DNA of 64,000 bases from the human T2T-CHM13v2.0 reference genome, Homo sapiens. Under the pieces are notes generated by a model. That model saw only the letters and a program-made list of their open reading frames with translations. It did no database searches and was not told the origin of the DNA. The translations under genes and the position numbers were made by a program. The stretch's first letter is position 1; each line of letters opens with the position of its first letter. Location: assembly GCF_009914755.1 (NCBI RefSeq), contig NC_060940.1; one strand, given 5' to 3'. Shown piece by piece: positions 47,998 to 61,984 of this stretch.

Positions 47998-48365
47998 TGA
48001 ATTAGTCTCTTCTCATACTGCTACGCAGAAATACCCAAGACTGGGTAATTTATAAAGAAAAGAGGTTTAATTGACTCACAGTTCCACATTGCCGGAGAGG
48101 CCTCAGGAAACTTACGATCATGGTGGAAGGCACCTCTTCACAGGGTGACAGGAGAGAGAATTAGTGCAAGGAGAAAAGATGCCAGATGCTTAGAAAACCA
48201 TCAGATTTCATGAGAACTTACTCACTATCATGAGAACAGTATAAGGGAAACTGCTCCCATGATTCAGTTACCGGCACATGGTTCTGCCCTTGACACGTGG
48301 GGATTCTCATGTGTCTCACCATTCAAGGTGCGATTTGGGTGAGGACACAGAGCCAAACCATATCA
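47998..48365 (-). mobile_element. THE1 (THE1C-like) MaLR solo LTR, full length, inserted into a MIR
   Basis: tgaattagtc...gactgggtaatttataaagaaaagaggtttaattgactcacagttccac...acacagagccaaaccatatca; perfect 5-bp TSD cttgc at 47993-47997 and 48366-48370. Confidence 0.92.
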
Positions 48366-49285
48366 CTTGCTAATGAGGAAACTGAGTCAGAGAGGTCTAG
48401 TGATGTACCCAAGTCTGCCCGGCCGGTGAGTGGCAGAGCCACGCTTCTAGAGGAGGACAGCCCAGCCCCGCATCCCCCGTGCTTCTCCATGTATTATGTC
48501 CCTGCCTCCCTGTTTGCTGCTCCACTGGAATGTTTCAGCATGCAGCTCTCCCTCCAGTCTGTAGTGCCAGCACATGGGCTTCCTTCCTCCTCCCGCAGGC
48601 AGAATCGCGGGAAGCCATAGGTTCAGAAGATCCCAGCTTTCTCTGCTTTGCGCGTTTGTCTCTGTTATCCCAGCACCTGCCCTTGGCTAGGTACTCCATA
48701 AGTACGTGATAAGTGATCCTTCTTGTGGATATTACCCACCAAAGCATGTGTGATTTGGGAAGTTTATAATAAACCTAAGTGTTTTAAGTGTCAAAAAGAA
48801 AAAGGCAGCGTGCACTAATTGGCTCCTTGGCTTCGCAGCCCATTCCCTAGGAATCGGGACAGCTGGGCCCTCACCACGTCCTTTGTCACTGCATGTCTGA
48901 GGCTGCCGTGGAGCCTTTTCAGGGGAAAGGTGTAAATTGGCATAAGTCATCTCCAGAAACACCCCAGCAGCACCCTGTGCCAGGCCCCCGTGGGCTGCTC
49001 ATCTACAGCCCCTCATCATTCCTCCAGCCCCTTCGAGAGAGGCTCAGTCTTCCACCCTTCAGACCATTCATTAGAGTGGAAGGGATTCAGTTGTCATTTG
49101 TTATTTCCTCTTACCCCCGAGACATCCCCCTGCAATGTCATTTCCTACAGTTTGGTTTCCTGTTTGGAAATGTCAGGCTTCTATGGCACTTGACCATGTG
49201 GGAAAGCTTGAGCTCTTAAACCCCTGCTCAGTGTCTGCTTTTGACAATGCAACCTTGAGTGCATTGCTGAAATTCTGAGCCTTGA

Positions 49286-49584
<299 letters not shown>

Positions 49585-50271
49585 AATTTTTTTTTTTAAA
49601 TCCGTAAGGTGGGGGATCCCTACCTCATAGCCACCCAGGCTGTATATGAAATAGCCAACAAGAGGCCTCATGGGTCCATACACAACAACAAATACTCATG
49701 GGTCTATACACAACAAATACTTCCTCCCCCTCCCACCATGGGGAGCTTCCCAGGTTTTTTTGTTTGTTTGTTTGTTTGTTTGTTTTAATCAAACATGTAT
49801 TGTGTGTCCTATACAATGCCTGGCATTCCAGAGAAATACAAAGGTGCCACGCCCTTGCTCTGTATCTGAAAATCAGTCCTCAGCCTTCAGGAATGCAGCT
49901 TCTGAGTGGAAGGGGGTGGGGACAGGCCCTCCAAGGCCAGCTGCTGTACCAAAGTCAGACCATGACTTGTGACCTTTCCTTCATTTCCCTTATTGCCTCT
50001 GGTTTAATGCAAAAGGTTCAGTGAGGTGATGGCCTAGCTCTGCCCCCAGCAGGCCTGAGGGGTTCACTGGGAAGGTTGTAGGGGGCAGCAGGAGTAGAGG
50101 GGAAGGGAGCTGCAAGTGAATGAGTGAGGCAGGAACTGCCACCCCTGCGGGGTTAGAGGATTTGGAGTGGGGGACCTCAGGCTTCTGGAGGAAAGTACTT
50201 AAAGTGTCCAAAAGAAGAAGGCAAGCAGCATGCACCAAGTGGCTCCTTGGCCCTCTGGCCCATTCACCGGG

Positions 50272-50630
50272 TGTCTCAGTATGTTTTCTGCAGCTATAAC
50301 AGAATACCACAGACTTAATTTATAAAAAAAAGAAATTTCTTACAGTTCTAGAGGCTGGGAAGTCCAATATCAGGTGCCAGCATTTGGCGACGGCCTTCTT
50401 GCCACATCATCCCATGGTAGAATGCGAAAGGGCAAGACAGAGCAAGAGGGAACAGAACTCACTCTTATAACAAAGTCACTCTCACCATCATTGAGCCACA
50501 CCTGCAATAACAACATTACTCCATTCATGAGACCCAATCCCGTCTTGTTAGGCCCTACCTCTCAGCACTGTCACACTGGGGATTAAGTTTCCAACACATG
50601 AACTATGGGGGACACGTTCAAACCATAGCA
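50272..50630 (-). mobile_element. MST-type MaLR solo LTR
   Basis: tgtctcagt...acagttctagaggctgggaagtccaa...gggggacacgttcaaaccatagca; TSD ccggg/ccagg. Confidence 0.82.
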
Positions 50631-51792
50631 CCAGGTATCTGGGCCACTGAGCCCTCGCTACATCCCTGCCCTATGTAGTCAGCTTTACCTAGCAGGAGGG
50701 GGAAAGTGGTATGTTTGAAGCCCACTTTCTGAAAAGAGAAGACACAAGGAAAGCTTGTGATGTTTGAAAGAGTAAAATGAATTCTGCAGAAAGCTTACCC
50801 TTCGTCTGTGAAGCCAGGGAAATGAAATGTTAGTGTTCAACAACACGTGTGCATTGATTACTACTACTGATGCAGCAGAGATCTGGGAGAGGTGGCAGGG
50901 AGGGGATGTCACCCTGTGTCTTAGTCCTCAAAGAAGGCTTCGCAGAGGTGGTGTGGAAAGAGGCCGTCAGCTCTGGCCCAGTGGCCGTGGGCATGCGCCT
51001 TTCCTCCTCTGAGCTCAGTGTCCCTTTTATGATGGGCCCACCAGCACCTGCCGTCCAGCAGGAGGTGATCCCAGCACGTGCCTGGCACTTAGTAGATGCT
51101 CCAATAATGATTGTGTTATATTATCCCAGGTAAGATGTGAAGGGGACAAGGAAGGAAGGGGAAACATTGGTCCTAGGGTGGGAATCACAGAGGCCCTGGA
51201 GCAAGACAGGCCTGGGCTCATGTCTTGGCTCTGCCACCCACCAGCTGAGCGACCTTGGATCCATTTTTCTGCTTCTCTGAGACTGTGTTCCCTCATCAGC
51301 AAAGTGGGAAGCAGCTCCTCAAAAGCCCTTAGGTCACAGCTTGCAGCGGAATCAGCTCTCGTTAAACGGAAGCTGCCATCGCCATAGCTGTTATCATCAC
51401 TGGAAGGACAGAGAGGAGGAAGCAGGTGGCAGACGGGCTTGCACCCACAGGGATAAAGCATACCTGGCCTCCTGCTGAGAATCCCTGTCCCTGCTGAGGT
51501 GGAGAGAGAATGCGAAGAGGAGCAAGCTTTTCACAGCAAGGATGCAACTTCTCAAGAGTCTGAGCTGCTGCTTCAATTAAAGGAAAAATCTGCAATTTAG
51601 AAAACCAAAAGGCATATTGCTCCCTTATCTGGCTGCCTCTGTGCTTTACTTCAATCTAAATCCAGGATTTAGATCACTCATTTACATTTACTAAATGCGG
51701 TTGAAGGCGAGGGGCCTGTGCAACCTCCCCCGGCCCCTTCCTCCTTCCAAGTAAGGAATCTGCTTTGAGGTTTCCTGTAATGTCTCTTCTAG

Positions 51793-51921
51793 ATGAAGCC
51801 CATGAACGTGGAATATCTCATGATGGACGCCTCCATCCTGCTGCCCCCAACAGGCACGCCACTGACGGGCATTGACTTCGTGAAGCGGCTGCCGTGTGGC
51901 GATGTGGAGAAGACCCGGCGG
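51793..51921 (+). CDS. CLEC16A: CLEC16A coding exon (exon 18), 129 nt, phase 0->0
   Basis: Acceptor tctcttctag|ATG; MKPMNVEYLMMDASILLPPTGTPLTGIDFVKRLPCGDVEKTRR; donor CGG|gtgagt. Confidence 0.96.
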
Positions 51922-53161
51922 GTGAGTGAGCACAGGACCTGTCATCTCCTGGGCCACTGTTCTCCAGAACCACTCCCAGACCAGGGAGGAAAGGGCTTCT
52001 TTGTCAAAGTCAAGAGCCTGCCCTCAACACAGCTTAGACAGTGGATAGAGAGTACCCATTTGCCCCCAGGCATGACTTTCCAAGGCATGTTTTTACCCTT
52101 TGGGAAGTAGGGTTTGGCATTCCGTTGCATCTGGCACCCAGTGTTGGCTGCAGAGAGGTAGCCTTCACCAGTGCAGACAGACAAGCCCTGAGCTCAGGAG
52201 TGTAAGGCAATGGGGCCAGTTTTCTGTGAACCATCGGGGGTGAGCACGGTACATCCAGTGCAGGTGAGGTTGGTGTGAAATCGTAGCCCAGCGGTCTCAG
52301 GACCCCCAGAGATAGTGCGATGTTAAGGCATCTACCTGCTCTTGGGACACAGTCAAATTAAATGTGAATCTCACCAGCCTGCAGGACAGATATGTGTGAA
52401 AAGATTAGTTCTCAGAACCAGCTGCAGTGTGTGCTTCCGTTATCAGCCCTTTTTTTCCGAAGCAGGTACTCTAGGAAGCAGTGTCCTCAGGGGTGTTCAT
52501 GGTATTTTATCTCCCGGGTAAGATCAGAGTTTCTTTCTTAGAAAGCACCATCACCTTTTCCTAGAAAATCATTCACTGGAGACATGAGTATTTGTGTATA
52601 GTTCAGAGGAATTCATTGCACACAGCTCCCCTTGTCAGCCTTTATCATCTGAGTTAATTCGTGTGTGACAGAGGTGTTTCACTTTTGGATTTTGCAAAAC
52701 AGGAATGACCTGTCATTTGCACCTCAGACACGAGGAGTCTGAACCTTCCTCCCTGCAGCTGGTGGTTCTACCTCGGAAGCCTGGGGGTGCAGAGGAAGTG
52801 GGACCCATGTGTCTTGAGTCAATCCACATTTCCAACTGTCTGACCAAACCCACAAGCCTCACCGCAGGACCCACCCTGTCCGGCCCACTGACGCCTTCCT
52901 TCCATGTCCTCCCTGCCAGGCACACGATTCTGTTTGTGGGTGGCAGTGTTTGCACTGGACGTCCTGGCATCAGCTTTCACTGGAGGACTGGTTCTGACAG
53001 ATGTGTATGTGTTGCTTCATGATGCTGACGTGCTCACCCCCAGCCAGGGCTACAGCATCCTGTGCCAAGAAGGCCCCACCTGGGAGATCCCCCCGCACCC
53101 CTGAGCCAGAAGGTCCAGAGGACTGAACGCTGAGCACTGCTGCTCTGGATTCCACTTTGCC

Positions 53162-53470
53162 TTTTTGTTGTTGTTGTTGTTGTTGTTGTTTTGGAGGCTG
53201 CAGTGAGCTGTGATCCATCCTGGAGTGCAGTGTTGCGATCATAGCTCACTGCAGCCTCAAACTCCTGGGCTCCAGCCATCCTCCCACCTCAGCGTCGGTA
53301 GCTGGAACTACAGGCACAAGCTACCACACCTAGCTAATTTTTAGATGTTTTATAGAGATGAAGTCTTGCTAAGTTACCCAAGTTAGCCTTGAACTCCTGG
53401 CCTCAAGCCATCCTCCTGCCTTGGCCTCCCAAAGTGCTGAAATTACAGACATGTACCACCACACCCAGCC
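53162..53470 (-). mobile_element. AluJ-like element with (TTG)n tail and a local inverted duplication
   Basis: (TTG)8 tail followed by a rearranged start, then a normal antisense Alu body. Confidence 0.88.
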
Positions 53471-53652
53471 CACACTCTACCTTCTTTTGGTTCACAGTTC
53501 ATCAGGGTTTTTCTTACCACTTCTATGAACACATAGCCTCTGTTATGAAGTAGATCAATTCAAATCAGTTCTTTATGTGAATTTCCTCATTAAATTCTAT
53601 AACCATCCTAGGAGATTGGCACTATTATTATCCCCATTTTACAGAGGAAGAA

Positions 53653-53950
<298 letters not shown>

Positions 53951-55850
53951 CACAGGGGAAGAAATTGATGCATGGAGAGGTCTGGTGATTTGCTCAAGGT
54001 CACCCAGCTAGTGAGTAGCTGAGCCACAAGTCAGCCCAGGCAATGTGGCCCCCAGAACCTAGACTCTTAGGCATTCTGATCCACTGCTTCCCACACTGCC
54101 TTCTTGAGATCTGCTGGCTCTGCTCAGGACACTGGGACAGCAAAAACACAGCCCCAGTCCTGAAGAAATCAGAGCCTTAGAGGTCAAAGTGGGAAGAGAC
54201 AGTGGCAGGTCATGTGGCTCAGGCCATTATTCAAGCAGCATTAGGTCAGGTCACTAATCCCACCTGGAGCAGGAAGTGGGACAGGCATCAGATAGGGAGG
54301 CATAGGCCCAGAGACAGGTGGCACATTCTGGCACCAACACGGCAGTGATTGCAGCTGGAGCCCACAGGAGGATGTGATGAGGCTGGGGGTGCTGGCAGGA
54401 GCCAGATCACGGGAGCCTTGGAGCCCCTTGAGAACCTTGGCTGTCACCTCTTAACACAGTTTCATGACCTCATGCCCTGCTGGGCTGGGGCAGATGGTCC
54501 TGATCCACAGGCGAGAGATGGGAGAAATGCAGGGGCCAGTTTGTCAGGCATGTGGCAGAAGGGAGGTTGCTTCTTGTCTACTCTGAGCTGCTGTCTCCAT
54601 CTGTCAAGTAAAATGTGCCTGCCTTTCCAGAGTTATCGTGAGGACTCGGCAGCAAGCCAATGGCAGGTCTCGATGATAGTCTTTTTGCCCCTCACATGTC
54701 ACAGAGTTGCAGGTTCCCAGGGCTGTGCTGCCCACCTCCCTTGTCCTGGATAGGATGCACAACCCGAGTGGCTGGCTGAAGCACAGATAGAGAATATCTC
54801 AGCTTCTCTAGAGTCTCTTTGCCTGTCTGACAAGTTTCCAAAAGCAACTCTCAAGTCCTCCCAGGGTCCCTGGGTAGCAGAATGATATAAAAGAGGCCAG
54901 GCTACCTCAAAGCCAAGGCATCCACTTTAGAAAAGCTTCCTTTGTGACTTTAATAATTTCTTTCTGAAGGGTGGCTTTGGCCACTCATCTCACTACGGTT
55001 CCTGTTGCAAGGTAGCCATCTAGAATCATCCAGAAGCTTAGCTCTTCAAGCCCACTTCAGAAATCAGAACACACCAATGTGCTTTGAATCTGAGCTAAAG
55101 GAAGTTACATGGTTTAGCAAGCAATTGAGGGCTTATGTGGTTCGTTTCAAGTTTTTTGCTTGTATCCAAAGAACATTCCAAGCTACCCCTTTGGATTCAA
55201 AGGTTTTCTTTCTTTTTTTTTTTTTTTTTCCACCAAGTAGACTTTTTAAAGGAGGCTGATCCTTTTTAGAAACTCCATCCTTTATTTTCCTTAAGGACTT
55301 GTCAAAGAGGTTCAAACAATTCTCCTGGCAAATCATTCCTAAATATTCATAGATTCATCAAAGAGCTGCTAGATTCTTGCTATGTGCCAAATACTGTGTT
55401 AGCCTTGGGGGTGAAGAAATGAGTGAGCACACATCCCTGCCTTCTGGACCGCTCTTTTTACCTAGTGAGGTAAAGTTTATTAACAAGTAAGAGAATAGCA
55501 GGTTGGGTATCAACTCACAGTCAGAGCTCTGGAGGAAAGAAACAGCATGCCATAGCCAGGGGCTGAGGAGCGCTCCTCCTGCAGATAGAGTGATCGGAAG
55601 AGCTTCTCTGCAGAGTTGACATCTGAGCTGAAACCTGGAGCATGAGGAGGAGCCAGGAAGGTTAAAGTGATAAAGGAGGCACTTTCCAAACAGGGAACAG
55701 CACACATCCAGTCCCTGAGATGCCACCAAGTGTGGCATGTTCAAGGAGCATAGTTAAGTGAGGGAGGGGCAGGAGCGCAGCTACAGGAGAGGATGGTGGT
55801 AGCGCTTTGCAGGCCGTGGGGAGGCATCTCACGATAACGCCGTTTTCCCT

Positions 55851-55855
<5 letters not shown>

Positions 55856-55890
<35 letters not shown>

Positions 55891-56171
55891 AGACGAGTCT
55901 CAGTCTGTCACCCATGCTGGAGTGCAGTGGCATGATCTCGGCTCACTGCAACCTGCTCCTCCTAGGTTCAAGTGATTCTCCTGCCTCAGCCTCTACAGTA
56001 GCATGAGCCACCACGTCCAGCTGATTTTTTAATTTTTTTTGTATTTTTAGTAGAGACTGGGTTTCCCCAGTCTGTTGGCCAGGCTGCTCCCAAACTCCTG
56101 AACTCAGGTGATCCACCTGCCTCGGCCTCCCATGGTGCTGGGATTACAGGCGTGAGCCACCATGCCCAGCC
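55856..56171 (-). mobile_element. AluS-like element with a T34 tail
   Basis: T34 plus antisense Alu with a small internal deletion; flanking ctcttgc repeats. Confidence 0.9.
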
Positions 56172-57149
56172 CTCTCTTGCATTTTAAAAACCACATCACT
56201 TATTCTTTCTTTCAACATAGTTGTTGAACATATTCTAGGTGTCAGGCTCTGAGTAAGATGCAAGACAAGAATGATGAGCAAATAATATAAAATAAGACCA
56301 AAACAGCAAGGGGTCCACTGAGCCATGCCAGCTGAGAAGGGAAATTCATGTTGAAATGAAGGTCACTGGAGCTGTTGGGGTCCAGTGAGAACATTGGAGC
56401 AGAACTTTGGGCTTAGGCTGGATCCATCCCACATGTAGGGGGACCTGAGAGAAGCAGTGAAGAAGGAAAACAGTGGTGTCAGTCAGACCAACCACGGGTC
56501 AAATCCCAACTCCAGCTGCATGAGCTTGAGCGAGCCACTCACCCTCCCGGAACCTCAGGTCCCTCGTGGGTCTTGCCTCTCAGCTGTTGCCCAGAGTAGA
56601 CGAGTGTGGCTGTGAAGTGACAAGCCCAGGGCCTGGCAGACAGTAAGTGCTCAGGAAGCATTGTCTGAACAGAGATGGAGCAGTCTAGTATGTAAGGTGG
56701 GAAAGAAATAGGGTCTTTCATGATCTAAATCTACCAAAGCTTAATGCCAGAGAAAAGAGAGTTAGGAATAGGATTTTTTGGTGAATATCAAAATCCAAGT
56801 TTAAGCCACTAGCCATCTGTATATAGTCATCTTGGAAGCGGTTATGAAACACCCATATTTGCACGAGGTTTTATTTGTCCCCACATTGTTTCCCTGTTCC
56901 TTTGTAAAACCACAAGCAGTTTTTGTGTTTATCACTATTGGCCTTGAGGAAATAGAATATTTTGCTTTATTTTTTCGATGTGTATTATACATTAAAGAAA
57001 ATACAATAACATCTCATGCAGTTTCAAAAGTAAAGGGAACAGTCTTTCCCATGATTTCATCACCCTAAACAAACAATACTTAGACATCTTTTGTGCTCCT
57101 CCTATCTTTGTCTGTAAAAAGAGTGTACTGTGGTCTTGCTTTCATCCCT

Positions 57150-57480
57150 TCTTTTTCTTTCTTTTCGTCGTAGCACAAGAAGTTTTTCATGTTGTCACAG
57201 TTTAAATAAGTCTCATTTCTTATGGCCTCATAAAGGTTCATCTGGCATTTTCTTGCAAGTAGACATTTTCGTTGCTTCCAGTATTACATTATTTTCAACT
57301 AAACTATAATGAGCAGCTTCATGAATACAGTGTTTTTCTTTCTTTTGAATTATTTCTTTAGGATAAGTTCCCAGAAGCGGAATTTCTGGTTCAAAGGGTA
57401 TGAATGTGTTTTTTTCATGACCCTCTGCATATTGCCAAATTGCTTTCCCGATGGGTTGTGCCCACATTAAACTGCTTCGG
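57150..57480 (-). mobile_element. Old L1 (L1ME-like) fragment
   Basis: Minus-strand ORF 57228-57467 (IPFEPEIPLLGTYPKE) resembles the L1 ORF2 C-terminus (IPFDPAIPLLGIYPK). Confidence 0.75.
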
Positions 57481-58546
57481 CCCTCTTTTAAGAATGACTG
57501 ACTTTCACAGCTACATGGCCTCAGTGGGCTTCTAACTTGAGTGACTGTCGCCTAAACTAGGCAGCTTGCACATGCAGCAAGGAAGCAGGAGGGTGAAAAC
57601 CGAGCCTTTGTTCCAGGCCAGCTCGTGGGCTCAGCACATCACCGGTGCCATCCCGTTGTACCTGCACGGTGGGTGCCCCATTTCCAGAACACAAGCCTGG
57701 GCTTGGGCACGTCACGTGATTACCAAGCCCCAGCTTGAGCCACAGTGTGTCTGACTACAGAGCCACCCACCTTCCCCTGCTCATTGGACTGATTCCCCGG
57801 TGACATTGAGTTTGCCAGAATTTGCTTCCAGACTCATTGAAGCAAAGAAACTGGAGCAATCTCTTTATATTTGAGCTTGGTCAGCTGTCATCCTTTTCAA
57901 AATCTAACCTGTTCTTCCTGGGTCAGTCCTTCCTGATATTCTATGGAAGAATCTGAAAGAATAATAATTTATTTTTCCTTTTTAATAATACTTTTAAATT
58001 TGCGTCTTTATTTAGCAAAGAAAAGCGCTCAATAAAACCCTGGGTCCCAAGCCTTAAATCTTTTGGAGGTCAAGGAGTGTGGTTGGAAGAACACAGAGCT
58101 TGGAATCTAGTTATTCACTAACTGACCTTGGGCAGGCTGCCTGTCATTGCTCAGCTTTGGTTTCCCCATCTGTAAAATAGGAACCATGCAGAGTCATTAA
58201 AAGCTTAGATGAGACAACCCCGTACAGCTGGCATAGTATGCGGCAGGCCATGGGGAATCAAGAGAGTGCTTATTGTTTTGGGTGTGGTGGGGTGAATTTT
58301 ATGGCTCTTATGCTCATATTTTAGCTTTCTTTTGTGAATTTACAGAGTTGTGGGGCTGCCCAATGTGCCTACCAGGCCCTTATAACCCCCCTACCCCCAT
58401 GGGAGCCCAGGTTTTGCCTCGAGTGGAGCTCCCCGCCCTGTGGGAATCGGCCCGCCTCAGATTCATGGACATGGCTTCTCATGTGTCCTTCCTTCTCTTA
58501 GGAGTTGGGGCAGGAACCAGGAAAAACATTGAGAGATTTTATTATA

Positions 58547-58884
58547 CAGTCATCCCTCGGTATCCATGGGGAATTGGTTCTAGGGCTCCCCCAAGGATAC
58601 CAAAATCCACAGATGCTCAAGTCCCTTATATAAACGGCGTAGTGTTTGCATATAACCTATGCACATCCTCCTGTAGACTTTAAATCGTCTCTAGATTACT
58701 TATGATACTGAGTACAATGTAAATGCTATGTAAATAGTTTGTTATACTGTATTGATTAGGGAATAATAAGGAAAAAAGTCTGTACAAGTTGAGTACAGAT
58801 GCAACCCTTTTTTTTTTTAATATTTTTGATCTACAGTTGGTTGAATCCACAGATATGGAACCCATGGATACAGAGAGCTGACTG
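58547..58884 (+). mobile_element. MER2 (TcMar-Tigger MITE), full length
   Basis: 24-bp TIRs cagtcatccctcggtatccatggg / cccatggatacagagagctgactg (21/24 match); TA at 58545-58546 and 58885-58886. Confidence 0.92.
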
Positions 58885-61184
58885 TATGTGTATTATATTC
58901 TATTTTATATTTATGATGATGATTGTTATTATCCATGTGTTGTTTGCAAGGCAAAAGCAGATATTGGCCTATATTGGGAGCCAAATTCTGAACTTTTAAA
59001 GTATTTATTGAAAGGTTACAGTTTTTCAGAGTGGTGGGCTGCAGAAAGCCACACGTTTCTGTTTTCTTACCCACCTGCTCTGGTCCTGCATGAGTTATTT
59101 GCCTTCAAAACCCCAAGAGGAACAGGCGTTTGGGCACAGAAATGAGCGTCTCCTTGACTTGGACCTGGCTGTGATGGGCCGTTTCCTTTCTTTCTCATCC
59201 TCATGGTCATGACTCCTTATTTGAGAGCTCAAGCTGCCAAATATTTCAAGTGACCACCCACGTCTTGGGCTTTCTGTACTTGGACTGCCATGGATGTTTA
59301 AGTTTCCTGGTGCACTTGGTTAAGTGACACACATGTCATACATTCCTGAGTTCACACCCAGCTCAGCCACTTAGCAGGTGTGTGAGCTGAAATAACTCTG
59401 CCCCTCTCAGCTCTGTTTCTTCCTCCATAAAATCTTCAAGTTACAATAAGGTGCCCACAGTTCCTGCCACCCCGTAAGTGCTTAAAAAATAGAAGTTCTT
59501 TTGAATTTTTTAATGGAACTACACTTCTTTTTCTCCCAATTGTTAGAGATGTCTTTATGAAGACTGTACTTTTAAAAACTGTTGACAATCAGATACGAAT
59601 GCTACCACCACCATCATCATCATTATAACTTAAGAGCTGATCTTTCTCCAGTGCTTTCTGGTTTACAGAGGACTGCACTACCTTAGCATAGGGCCAGGAG
59701 ATAGGATTGCTCTTCCAGTTCCAACATTAGGAAGTTGCTCCAAGGTCTCCCACTGGTTAGGGCGCAAGGCAGCACTGGGTGTAAGCAGGCTGACCAGCTC
59801 CTCATTGCCTGGGGTATGAGGAGGCAGTGTGAGTGCACCTCTTTGCAGACAGTAATTTGGCCCCTTTCTAGTTTTGGGAGGCACACTGCTGTATAGAGGG
59901 CACCTCCCCTCACCTAGGTCCAGACTGCAGCCTTCAGAGCCATAAACAAGAAGACCCAAAGGCGCACTGGGATTCGCCTTTGCAGCTCCCTAGTGGTGAC
60001 AGTGGTTTGTCCCCCCAACCCCACTGTGCTGGCTGCTTTCCCTCCTGCGTTATCTCAGAACCTCCTAGCAGGCATGCGAGCTATCATGCCCATTTTACAG
60101 ATGAGGAAAAGGAAGCTCACAGAAGTCAGGGGACTTGCCCAGCCTAGTGGAACTGGGAATCTGATGTAGACCTCATGTGTCTGACTCTGGAGCTGTCCCC
60201 ATGGGGCACTGCACCCTCAGTCAGGCCCAGCAGCTGTGCCTCAGGGAGAGAGGCCTGCAGGTGGCCTTTTCTGTGGACTGCCCCTCTGCTTCCTTGCTCT
60301 GGTTGGTGGGCAAGCCTGTCCTGGGGCTGGAGGCTGCTTTCTGCACACACGGCTCCGACTGCTGGGACTCTGCTTTGTTTCTGCTCTCTGAAAGTACCTG
60401 GTGGCCACACAATTCTGACCAGACACCACTTCTATGGGCCAGGAATCCCTGTGCTGGTGGATCCACCTGTGCCCCTGGTCTGCTGGCAGGGAAAGCCTGA
60501 GGGGCATTCAGGGAACCAAGGTCACTGCCCACCTGCTAGGTGCGAGGTCTCTGCCCCGTCAGCAGCACACCCCCTGTCGTAAGACCAAGGGAGCGGGAGT
60601 TGAAGAGACTCACCCAGGGTAGGATTTTCCTCAGGTCTCAGGCCCTGCAGCCCACAGGCATTTCATTTCACCCTCTTCTGTCTGCCCCACCCCCGTATTC
60701 AGTAGGTAGTACCTTGAAATGCTTTTGGAGTGATTGGGTTTTCCAGAGCCCATGCTGGTTTGGTTGGGACAGACAGACTCAGGGTCTAGCCCTTGCTGGA
60801 AGCATGGCCTGGGCAGGTCACTTCACCTTCTTAGGTCTCAGCTGCCCGGTCTGTGAAATGGGGCTGACTGCTGGGCAGGGATTATTATGAAGGTCACCTG
60901 ATACTTGGGGACAAGGTCCTGGCAGATGACGGGTGCTCAGTTCAGGTAAAGTAACCCAAACCTGAACCTGTGAATAACTGAAAACAGGCTACTCCCCCTT
61001 TGATTTTTTTTTTTCTGTCTTGTTATAAAAGCACGTACCAGAATCAAAACACCCGAAGAGGTGGGCTTTATTGCGTTTCTTTCTTTTTTAATAGAGAGTC
61101 ATGGTGTCATTTCTGGGTGTGGGGCATCTCACTGAAATGACTCTGCAATCTCACTCTTCTCTGCTCTCTGAACTGTTGGTCCAG

Positions 61185-61305
61185 GCCATCCGGGTGTTCT
61201 TCATGCTGCGTTCCCTGTCACTGCAATTGCGAGGGGAGCCTGAGACACAGTTGCCGCTGACTCGGGAGGAGGACCTGATCAAGACTGATGATGTCCTGGA
61301 TCTGA
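61185..61305 (+). CDS. CLEC16A: CLEC16A coding exon (exon 19), 121 nt, phase 0->1
   Basis: Acceptor ttggtccag|GCC; AIRVFFMLRSLSLQLRGEPETQLPLTREEDLIKTDDVLDL; donor TGA|gtgagt. Confidence 0.96.
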
Positions 61306-61984
61306 GTGAGTTGGCTGCTCTGAGTCACAGCAGGGGGCTGGGGGACATGGGACATGGGACACCACTCTGCTGATTCACACGCCACTGGGAGGGTCAGTGT
61401 GCAACCTACATTTTGTACTATTATTGAGCTGTGACCTTGAGCCAGCGGTGTGCATGTCCCATGCAGGTTTTGAAGAAAAGGCCCCTGGGTTCTCTGAGAT
61501 CAGTTTGAGGGTTCTGCTTTCACACAGCTGGTTCTCTAAAAAGTCTCTGCAGAGCACCTGGAGGCTCAAGCAAGGGTGAACAAACTCCAGGGTTCCTGTC
61601 CTCCCTATAAACATAGTGGCATCGGTTTGGTTGGTTTTATATATTAAGCATTTTCTATATGATTCTAATGATAAAAGGGTTCTGCTGCTAAAGAAAGAAA
61701 CTTGTAAAAAGCAAAACACCAGTGTTTAGGTAAGGATGAAGGCTTTGGAGGCTGGAGAACCACGTGCTCAGCCCATAACCTTGAGCTACTTGTTCCGCTG
61801 TGTAGTGCCTCATTGTTCTCATCTGCAGCATGAGGCTCAGCTTTAGAGAAGACAATGGGCATAAAGCCTGACCGTGTTCCTGGAACCCCTCTCGTATTTG
61901 TATAGCTTTCTCTTTCCTCCATTTGCTACAGGGCACAGGCACACTAATGAGCAGCATGGTTTTCTGTTTCTTAACGGCATTGTG

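Noticed and set aside
52970-53242. Minus-strand ORF with a polyQ run
   Set aside because: It comes from the (TTG)n Alu tail and has no splice or coding support.
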